Of a stretch of 64,000 bases of DNA, positions 1 through 7,350 are shown piece after piece. The notes under the pieces are model-generated. The model was given only the letters and a program-made list of their open reading frames with translations, did no database searches and had not been told where the DNA came from. The position numbers were made by a program, and so were the translations under genes. Numbering within the stretch: the first letter of the stretch is position 1; the number at the start of each line of letters is the position of its first letter. Source of the stretch: Bdellovibrionota bacterium (GTDB taxonomy: Bacteria; Bdellovibrionota; UBA2428); the NCBI GenBank assembly GCA_035539375.1, contig DATLIP010000099.1:1394-65393 (forward strand), read 5' to 3'.

Positions 1-1599
1 TCCAAATGGTTCGAGGCCACCAAGTTCACGCTCACCGAGATCGAAACCGGCAAGGAGATCTTGCCGCAGATCAAATCGCGACTAAGTTTTCTCCTGCGTG
101 TGGGCCTTGATTACCTCACGCTCTCACGTCTCGCAAAGACGCTGTCGGGTGGTGAGGCCCAGCGGATCGCACTCGCCAACCAGCTCGGCGCGCGTCTCAC
201 GCAAACCTGTTACGTACTCGACGAACCCAGTATTGGACTACATCCGCGCGATACCGAGCGACTCATCGGTGTGCTCAAGGAACTCGCCGAGCTCAAAAAT
301 ACGGTGGTGGTGGTGGAGCACGATCCGGACCTCATTAAGCAATCTGAATACCTCATCGACATCGGTCCGCGCGCTGGCGAGCACGGTGGTCAACTCATGT
401 ACCAAGGCGCTTACCAAAAATTTCTAAAGGCCAAAGACGTGGACTCTTCAACGTTGAGATTTTTGACAGGCGTCGATGCCACGCCCGTGCCCAAGCGTCG
501 TCGTATGGATCGATTCAAAGACAAAAAGCGTAGCGTGCATTGGCTCGAACTCAAGGGGTTGCGCGAAAACAACCTGAGCAATGTGAACCTCAAGCTGCCG
601 CTCCAGATGCTCACCTGTGTGACGGGGGTTTCGGGCAGTGGCAAGTCGTCGGCTGTGCGAAAAACTCTCTATCCGGCGCTCTCTCGCATCTTCGGCAATC
701 CCGAAGGTGAGGTGGGGGCATTCAAATCCATATCAGGCTTTGAGTCGCTGCGATCCACCATTCTCATCGATCAGCAACCCATCGGCCGCTCGCCCCGTTC
801 GAACCCTATCACCTATATGAAGGGTTTCGACGAAATCCGCACGCTCTTTGCCTCCACTATCGAGGCACGCAAGAAGTCCTATCATCCAGGTTTTTTCTCG
901 TTCAACGTTCCCGGTGGACGCTGCGAAACCTGCGAGGGCGAAGGGTACACTCGCGTTGAAATGCTCTTTATGGAAGACATGTTCGTGCTCTGCGATGCCT
1001 GCGAAGGCAAGCGCTTCAAACCTGGCGTGCTAGAAATCAAGTACAACGGCAAGAGCATTCACGAGGTGTTGCAGCTGACCGTCGGCGAAGCCAAGGTTTT
1101 TTTCGGTGCCAATTTAAAGCTCAATAAAATTTTCCGTATCCTAGAGAAGGTCGGTCTTGGTTATCTGCGACTTGGGCAGCCCGCGACCACACTTTCGGGC
1201 GGGGAATCCCAGCGTCTCAAAATCGCAAAAGAGCTCTCTCAGGGCGATGTTGCGAACGTGCTTTATGTGCTCGACGAACCCACGACGGGCCTTCACTTTG
1301 GCGATGTCAAAATGCTCGTCAAAGTACTGCACGAACTCGTTGAGCGCGGTGGCACGGTAGTGGTCATCGAACACAACACCGATGTGATGAAGGTCGCCGA
1401 CTGGGTGGTAGATTTCGGCCCCGGCGGTGGGGTGCACGGTGGGGACATCGTCGCCGAAGGCACTCCCGAAGAGGTCATTAAAGTTCGTGCCTCTCAAACC
1501 GCTCCGTTTTTAAAGGAAGCTCTCGCCAATGCCCCAGTTTTGGCGATGACGGAGATCCTTGACGAGGCAGATTTTGAGGCAGCTGAGCTCTCTCCTTAA
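1..1599 (+). CDS. uvrA: Excinuclease ABC subunit A (UvrA), C-terminal ~530 aa; 5' end lies outside the window
   Basis: Frame 1 is open from nt 1. The translation has ABC signature [16 protein letters not shown], a zinc-finger pair (CETCEGEGY...CDACEGKRF), a second Walker [10 protein letters not shown] and a second signature [15 protein letters not shown]. This is the UvrA-specific layout. Confidence 0.95.
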   Translation, partial: SKWFEATKFTLTEIETGKEILPQIKSRLSFLLRVGLDYLTLSRLAKTLSGGEAQRIALANQLGARLTQTCYVLDEPSIGLHPRDTERLIGVLKELAELKNTVVVVEHDPDLIKQSEYLIDIGPRAGEHGGQLMYQGAYQKFLKAKDVDSSTLRFLTGVDATPVPKRRRMDRFKDKKRSVHWLELKGLRENNLSNVNLKLPLQMLTCVTGVSGSGKSSAVRKTLYPALSRIFGNPEGEVGAFKSISGFESLRSTILIDQQPIGRSPRSNPITYMKGFDEIRTLFASTIEARKKSYHPGFFSFNVPGGRCETCEGEGYTRVEMLFMEDMFVLCDACEGKRFKPGVLEIKYNGKSIHEVLQLTVGEAKVFFGANLKLNKIFRILEKVGLGYLRLGQPATTLSGGESQRLKIAKELSQGDVANVLYVLDEPTTGLHFGDVKMLVKVLHELVERGGTVVVIEHNTDVMKVADWVVDFGPGGGVHGGDIVAEGTPEEVIKVRASQTAPFLKEALANAPVLAMTEILDEADFEAAELSP

Positions 1600-1645
1600 C
1601 CAAAGTTTTGCGCAATCTTAGTGGCCCTTGGGGTACACTGGGACT

Positions 1646-2890
1646 ATGAGATCGAAACGAGGGTTTTCACTCATCGCCGTACTCGTCGCCGCAGCGTTGA
1701 TTGGCATCTTGAGCCTCGTGTTCACGTCGATGTTCAAACATTCTAACGAAATGCAAAAGCACGTGGAACGCGGCACGGAGTTCTCCACGGTTCTCAACTC
1801 ACTAAACCTGGTGCTCGCCGACCCGGCCAGCTGCTCGCAGGCCCTCATCAAAAACAACGCAGCCATTCAGGTGACGCTGCCAGTGCCCCTGGGTACGGTG
1901 ATCGATCTCGATTCAGTAAACTTTGCGAGTGCTCCGATCATCAAAAAAGACGAAAAGCTTTTGTCCGGCATCATCATAAAAAGCATCAAGCTTGAGTTTC
2001 CTACGGCTGGAACCGCAGCTACGGTTGCCGATCCCTTGAACCCGGGAACGAACGTGCCCACCACACGCTTTTTGACAAACTTCTCAGCGACAGGTGAAAA
2101 ACCGCCACAGATCAACGGCCCGCGTATCGCGTACAACACACCAGCTATGCCTGTAGCGCTTTATGTGGATGCCACCGGTAAGGTCGTCAGTTGCTCGTCG
2201 CATTCTACGGTGACGGCAGATTTCCCTGACATCGACTGCGAAGTCGAGGGCACCTTTTTGTTTTCCTATATCGATGGTGAAAAGGACTGCCGTCCGGTTG
2301 ATGCCGAGCAGGGATCTAAGAAGCTGAGCTTCTCACAACCCGCAGCTCCAGGTGACATGCCAGTTAGCTGCGAATACACGTATGGTGCCTCGACCCGTTC
2401 GTACAATTGCTCCGCTAAAGGCTTTAGTTGCACTTATCTCAACGCCGCCGATGCGCTGGCCAAAGGCTCTGGCGCGGGTTCGGGTTGGTACTATATTAAA
2501 GACGGTAACGGCAAGCTCGTGAGGTCCTGCTCGCAAGGCGTGACCACGACTGACTCTAGTAAAGAAGTGATCGTCGGTGTGGAAGAGGCGCTGCCTTCGG
2601 GCGTCTCCGCGGACACACACACCACAAACTGTCGTATCGACGGCTCAGCCAAAGGCGAAGTAGCGTGTGACTCGATGGTCACCGATTTGACCGATGCCGC
2701 GGGCAACCCGGCCTATACGAATATCAACCAGCCCTTTGCGGCGGCACCACAACCCGTGATTGGTCTTTGCTATCGCAAGGTCGTGAACGGAAAAAACCTC
2801 TGGTTTTACGTCAAGAACGTGAACACGAAAAAAGGCAAAGTTTCAAAAGAACAACAGTGCGTGGCCGGAGTACGCTCCGTAACTGACTGA
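1646..2890 (+). CDS. Prepilin-type N-terminal cleavage/methylation domain protein (large, Cys-rich pilin/pseudopilin-like, 414 aa)
   Basis: N-terminus is MRSKRGFSLIAVLVAAALIGILSLVF: a basic leader, G|F cleavage motif and hydrophobic helix. Position +5 is Ala, not the usual Glu. The C-terminal ~380 aa is Cys-rich with no recognisable family. ATG at 1646 was chosen inside ORF 1628-2890. Confidence 0.7.
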   Translation: MRSKRGFSLIAVLVAAALIGILSLVFTSMFKHSNEMQKHVERGTEFSTVLNSLNLVLADPASCSQALIKNNAAIQVTLPVPLGTVIDLDSVNFASAPIIKKDEKLLSGIIIKSIKLEFPTAGTAATVADPLNPGTNVPTTRFLTNFSATGEKPPQINGPRIAYNTPAMPVALYVDATGKVVSCSSHSTVTADFPDIDCEVEGTFLFSYIDGEKDCRPVDAEQGSKKLSFSQPAAPGDMPVSCEYTYGASTRSYNCSAKGFSCTYLNAADALAKGSGAGSGWYYIKDGNGKLVRSCSQGVTTTDSSKEVIVGVEEALPSGVSADTHTTNCRIDGSAKGEVACDSMVTDLTDAAGNPAYTNINQPFAAAPQPVIGLCYRKVVNGKNLWFYVKNVNTKKGKVSKEQQCVAGVRSVTD

Positions 2891-2988
2891 TGTTGACTGA
2901 ATTGGTTAACTTAAAAGATCGAAATACCTAAGGAAGTAAAGGGTTTTTGCCTTGCTTATTATCAGACCCACGAATAGCGTTTCTCGCC

Positions 2989-3810
2989 ATGTTGAGCCCG
3001 GGTTTGTTTTTGAAAGAGATCATTCGGCTTAAGATTCTTAAAAATCCCAGCCTGTCGATTCGTTCCATCGCTCGGGCTACGGGCGTCAGCGGCGCCTATT
3101 TGAGTCGCGTGATGTCGGGCAAGAGCACGATTTCCATCCAAAGGGCCGATGCCATCGCCGACAAACTCAAATTCAGCCGCATCGAGCGCGCCGCCTTTTT
3201 GCAATCGGTTGCCGTATACTCGGCCCGCGGTGAGGCTCGCGTAACTCTGTTGAAAGCCTTGGACGAAGTTGCCAATGCTGCAACGCCCTTCACGCTTCAG
3301 GAATACGCTCTGCTCGATGAAAACGCTCAGAGCGGATTGCTGGCGCGTTGGTACTTGCCTGCACTCCTCGACCTGGTCACCTGCACGAATTTTGAACCCA
3401 ATGTGGAGTGGATTGCCAAGCGCTTGAGTTTAAGCTCCGAAGAGGTGTCGTGGGGCCTGGCGCATCTCGAGCGTATTGGACTCCTCGATCGTTCTTCGCC
3501 GAAATGGCGCAAAAACGCCGACGCCATTTATTGCGCCACCGAAGAGTCGCGTCAAGCAGTGCGACACTTTCACACGCAGATGTCGCAGAAGGCCGTTGAG
3601 CAACTCAATACCGCCACCGACAAATCGGCTTACGAGCGTCGCAGCGTAACGGGACTTACTCTCGCTGTGGACTCTGCAAAGTTGCCCGTGGCAAAAAGAC
3701 TGATCGAACGTTTTCAGCACCGATTAGCCAATCACTTGACCCTGGGCAATTGCACCGAAGTTTATCATTTGAACGTTCAGCTTTTTCCGCTGACGAGAGG
3801 AGCTGAGTGA
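2989..3810 (+). CDS. TIGR02147/DUF4423-like helix-turn-helix protein (putative local regulator)
   Basis: LKNPSLSIRSIARATGVSGAYLSRVMSGKSTISIQRADAIADKLKFSRIERAAFLQSV matches the N-terminal HTH layout I recall for the TIGR02147 paralogous family. A ~180-aa C-terminal domain follows. Start is ATG 2989; an upstream TTG at 2947 is possible. Confidence 0.6.
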   Translation: MLSPGLFLKEIIRLKILKNPSLSIRSIARATGVSGAYLSRVMSGKSTISIQRADAIADKLKFSRIERAAFLQSVAVYSARGEARVTLLKALDEVANAATPFTLQEYALLDENAQSGLLARWYLPALLDLVTCTNFEPNVEWIAKRLSLSSEEVSWGLAHLERIGLLDRSSPKWRKNADAIYCATEESRQAVRHFHTQMSQKAVEQLNTATDKSAYERRSVTGLTLAVDSAKLPVAKRLIERFQHRLANHLTLGNCTEVYHLNVQLFPLTRGAE

Positions 3811-4421
3811 TGCTCAAAGGACTTTTGTCGCTGGCAATCTTTATGGGCTCTGCAAGTGCTTTGGCGCAAGTCGGTGGGGGCCGCACCGCCATCGGAGGTG
3901 GCGGCGACCCTCGCGCCATCAAAATTTATGGAATCGCCAATAGCATTTGGAATGCCTACCATTGGGCCTTCTCCTTTGATTACCTCAGGATCGAAGCGTT
4001 GCCGAAAATGGCTCAAAGTCGTATCGACTCCCTCATGGGAAAGACGGGCCAGCTGGAAGTCATCGTCGAGTCGCGGCTCTTCATTCGTGAGGAGATTCAT
4101 GCGCACCGTTGGACTCGCATTAGCCAGGCAGAATTCGAAGAGGCCCAAAAGCTTCGCCAAGAACCTGGGGTAGTGGTGCGTGAAGTTTCGGCCATCAATT
4201 ATCCCGTGTTGAACATGCTTTACATCAGTTACGAACGCTGGAAAACGCACTCGGACAATGAAAGAATTTTCCTCCTCTTTCACGAACTCGTGAGTCTTGG
4301 CAATGTCCAAGAAACCCCGCACTACCGCTACACGCGCAGTTTTATGAATTGGCTCGCCCGCAATCCGGGGCAATACTCCTATCTCGTCTTGCAAATCAAT
4401 CCGCAGTACCCACTTCCTTAA
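3810..4421 (+). CDS. Secreted hypothetical protein, translationally coupled to the upstream HTH gene
   Basis: Signal peptide MLKGLLSLAIFMGSASALAQ. The start ATG overlaps the upstream stop (TGATG at 3808-3812). No recognisable family. Confidence 0.55.
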   Translation: MLKGLLSLAIFMGSASALAQVGGGRTAIGGGGDPRAIKIYGIANSIWNAYHWAFSFDYLRIEALPKMAQSRIDSLMGKTGQLEVIVESRLFIREEIHAHRWTRISQAEFEEAQKLRQEPGVVVREVSAINYPVLNMLYISYERWKTHSDNERIFLLFHELVSLGNVQETPHYRYTRSFMNWLARNPGQYSYLVLQINPQYPLP

Positions 4422-4506
4422 GTGCAGCGGCCTGTCGCGTTTCGCGGACGTTTTCTTGCGTTAAGATTTTATGAAGGCTCTCATTTCAGACGCTTGAGCG
4501 TCTTAT

Positions 4507-4615
4507 GAACCAAATCTTAACTGTTTCGCTCCACACAAAGCGCCGAGAATGATCAAACCAGCTAAGCGGTACGTTTCGGAAGTAGCAGGAAATTTTGAAT
4601 CTTTACGGAGCGTAC
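4507..4615 (+). promoter_or_regulatory. Conserved leader, copy A (shared with 7242-7350): GAACCAAA..TTAACTGTTT ... GCCGAGAAT ... hairpin ... GGAGCGTAC-ATG
   Basis: Hand alignment with 7242-7353 gives 57/80 identical positions in the first 80 nt, plus an identical SD context GGAGCGTAC. It contains a sigma-28-like -10 element, GCCGAGAAT, at 4542-4550. Confidence 0.5.
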
Positions 4616-7192
4616 ATGTCACTCAAAAAAAATATCTTTAATTATGGTCTGATGACCTTTATCAGCGTGGCTGTTTTTACGGCCTGCGATGTGCAATTGT
4701 CTCCCAACGACCAGCCACTGAGTGGTGAGGCCTGCGAAAATCTCAATCACAACCAAACTGTCTATTTGAACCGATATAAAAAGTCTTCGGTCCCCGAAGG
4801 CCAGAGCTGTGAATCCGAACGTGTGACCCTCGAGATGTCGTGCCTCAATGGTACCGTTTCGATCGTTCCAAACGTCGTTAGCTTTCTGAGCTGCGAAGAG
4901 GATTCGAACCCTGAAGAAGAGTATCTCTCGTGCGGCGAGGTTGAACACGGTGGTCCAATTAGCCGAGATGGCTTTAGCGTGCCGCAAGTTGCCCATGTTT
5001 TAGGTTACTCTTGTGATGACCGCCGCGTGAACCGCGTGGTGGCCTCTTGTGTAAACGGTGACGAGGTCCCGGTAGATCCCGCGCCAAGCAATTTTTATCT
5101 CGCGTGTTCAGACTTGCCCGCACCGGGCGGTACCGGAGACCCACTCGTGGCCTTCATGACCGCCAAGAGCCAGTTGGATCTGAGCATCGTCAGTACTACG
5201 GCCGCATTTCAACAGCACAGCTTTACGGCATCTAAAGATTTTGAGCTAAAATTTTTCTACTCTCGCAGTGCGAACAACGTCACGCCAAACACCGTCATCG
5301 CAATTTCCGATCGTCCCCTTATTGCTGGCCGTGAGGATTCGTATTACCAGGCCGCAATCACGATTCGTTGTAACAACGGCGCGTTCGACGTGCGCAGCGG
5401 TTCGTCCGTCGTGCAGATGGACATGACATGTGCTATCGGCAACGCCTATATGATCGACGTTACGGTGCTTGACGCTACCGATCGTCGCTTCAATGTGAGC
5501 ATCGAAGACAAGAATGGTGTGGTGGCTACTAAAAATGATCTCGCGTTCCGTACCTCATACAGCGGAGACGTTCGGCTTTCGAAATTAAACTTTATCTCTG
5601 ACGGTGCGACTTCGAGTGGTAACACTCGAATTGACCGCATTACGAATCATGTTTTTGATAATAACGAAGAGTCCGAAGAAGAACCCGAACCCGGCGAAGC
5701 TTCGTGCTCGAATGGCCTGGCTCACGGCCAATCCCAAACGCAGAGGCTCTACCGCTATCCCTCCGTTCCGAATGGTCAGACGTGTTCTTATGTGGATCAG
5801 TCACGTAGTTGCACGAATGGTCAATTGAGCGCGTACCTGCCCAGCACTACTTATACCAATGCGAATTGCTTCGTGGAGAGCGAAGAAGAGCCCGAGATTC
5901 CCGGTGGTTCTGCTTGTGCTAGTGGTTCGGCATCACAGATCACCCAGCGCGGAGTCACTTGGAAATTCAGCACCGCCGTGCAGTGCGGTCACTACGTGAA
6001 CGGCGACTACTGGGTCAAGGCTCCGGTAACGATCACGCAGATCACAACCGAAGGCGGCGGGGGCACCATGTTAAACCCCGTGCCCGGTGGCAAAAACGGC
6101 TTCCACGCCGACGCCCTGAACTCGTCGAGTCGAGATTACGATGCGTCTCTCAACATCAACTCGCAGCTGCCCAAAACGGTGCAGGCCAATGACATGCTCG
6201 TCTCGGCTTCGACCTACGGCAGTTTCAATTCGAATTACGACACAATCCTCAAACACATTGTAGCGCTGTCGGTAGTGGGCGCTCCTCCTGCCTCTGGCGC
6301 CTTCCGCCCGGCGGTTTTCCGCTCGGCCCACAACCAGTTCAACTACAACAACATCAATTGGTCGAAACTTAAGAACCTTGCCTTGCCTGCAGGCGCGCCG
6401 ACCATCGATTCGGTGCTCTCACAAGTGAGTGTGCTGCCGTGGATCGACTGGTGCGGTAGTTATATCTGTAAAAAAGCGCAGCCGCGCGAGAACACGATTC
6501 ACGAAAACTACGGTCGCGAGATCGCCAAGAAGTTTGCGAACGCCGCCCTGGCGCTCAACATGAACTACGACCAAGACAAAAAGCGTCAACTCGCGATTCG
6601 CGTGATCCAGGCTGGTATCGACATCTACGGTTACCTCAAAAACGGTCAGAAGTTTGATCCAGACGGTGGTCACAAGCACGGTCGTAAAATGCCGATCCTC
6701 CTCGCTGGGGTGCTGCTTAACGACCAAGAGATCCTGAACTACGCGAGCAACCCGAGCATGTTCCAAGAAGACATGCAGACCTTTATGATCACTTCGAGCG
6801 ATGTGGGTCGAAACCTTTCGGACGGTAAAATGGCTTATCAGAGTCACATGGTGGGGTGCCCTGAGTGGGGCGTGCGTCACGGAACGCGCCCCTCTGAAGA
6901 CAACGCGGATTGGGATCAAAACTATCGTACGGTCAATGGTTCTTCGACCATTGGTAGCGTGCTTGCCGCCCGCATCATGGGCATCGAAGCCCAATGGAAT
7001 CACGATGCGATATTCCGATACTGGGATCGCTACTATGAGATTGAAAAAGGCAACGCCGGTGGCGGGGCCAACAGCATCTCGACCTTCGTGAACAACAGCT
7101 GGATCGCCTACCGCAACCTCAACGGGGTGGGCCTGACCTACGACCGCAGCCGCGGTACGAGCGTCGGCAGCGGATGCTTGTTCAAACCTTAA
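4616..7192 (+). CDS. Modular lipoprotein 1: three 4-Cys modules + shared beta-rich domain + unassigned ~425-aa C-terminal domain
   Basis: Lipobox signal MSLKKNIFNYGLMTFISVAVFTAC. 4-Cys modules lie at nt 4733-4894, 4931-5107 and 5705-5869. The shared domain lies at 5162-5659. The C-terminus (GVTWKF..CGHYVNGDYWV, then a helical region) is not recognised. SD GGAG sits 5 nt upstream of ATG 4616. Confidence 0.8.
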   Translation: MSLKKNIFNYGLMTFISVAVFTACDVQLSPNDQPLSGEACENLNHNQTVYLNRYKKSSVPEGQSCESERVTLEMSCLNGTVSIVPNVVSFLSCEEDSNPEEEYLSCGEVEHGGPISRDGFSVPQVAHVLGYSCDDRRVNRVVASCVNGDEVPVDPAPSNFYLACSDLPAPGGTGDPLVAFMTAKSQLDLSIVSTTAAFQQHSFTASKDFELKFFYSRSANNVTPNTVIAISDRPLIAGREDSYYQAAITIRCNNGAFDVRSGSSVVQMDMTCAIGNAYMIDVTVLDATDRRFNVSIEDKNGVVATKNDLAFRTSYSGDVRLSKLNFISDGATSSGNTRIDRITNHVFDNNEESEEEPEPGEASCSNGLAHGQSQTQRLYRYPSVPNGQTCSYVDQSRSCTNGQLSAYLPSTTYTNANCFVESEEEPEIPGGSACASGSASQITQRGVTWKFSTAVQCGHYVNGDYWVKAPVTITQITTEGGGGTMLNPVPGGKNGFHADALNSSSRDYDASLNINSQLPKTVQANDMLVSASTYGSFNSNYDTILKHIVALSVVGAPPASGAFRPAVFRSAHNQFNYNNINWSKLKNLALPAGAPTIDSVLSQVSVLPWIDWCGSYICKKAQPRENTIHENYGREIAKKFANAALALNMNYDQDKKRQLAIRVIQAGIDIYGYLKNGQKFDPDGGHKHGRKMPILLAGVLLNDQEILNYASNPSMFQEDMQTFMITSSDVGRNLSDGKMAYQSHMVGCPEWGVRHGTRPSEDNADWDQNYRTVNGSSTIGSVLAARIMGIEAQWNHDAIFRYWDRYYEIEKGNAGGGANSISTFVNNSWIAYRNLNGVGLTYDRSRGTSVGSGCLFKP

Positions 7193-7241
7193 TATGGTCG
7201 CCAGGGAAGGCGATGTAAAAATCAGAACTTAGGCGGGGTCT

Positions 7242-7350
7242 GAACCAAAGATTAACTGTTTTGGTGCCCGTAAAATGCCGACAATAGTCTAACTAGCTGA
7301 GAGGTACGTCCGCGGAGCAGCTGAGAGATCAACCCAAAATGGAGCGTACC
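7242..7350 (+). promoter_or_regulatory. Conserved leader, copy B (paralogous to 4507-4615)
   Basis: Block order is the same as copy A. GCCGACAAT lies at 7277-7285. A hairpin at AGCTG...CAGCT (7295-7322) has one compensatory change relative to copy A. GGAGCGTACC precedes ATG 7351. Confidence 0.5.

Noticed and set aside
4240-4300. Possible HExxH zinc-metalloprotease motif in the small secreted protein (LLFHELVSLG).
   Set aside because: The sequence is H-E-L-V-S. The second His is absent, so it is not a zincin motif.
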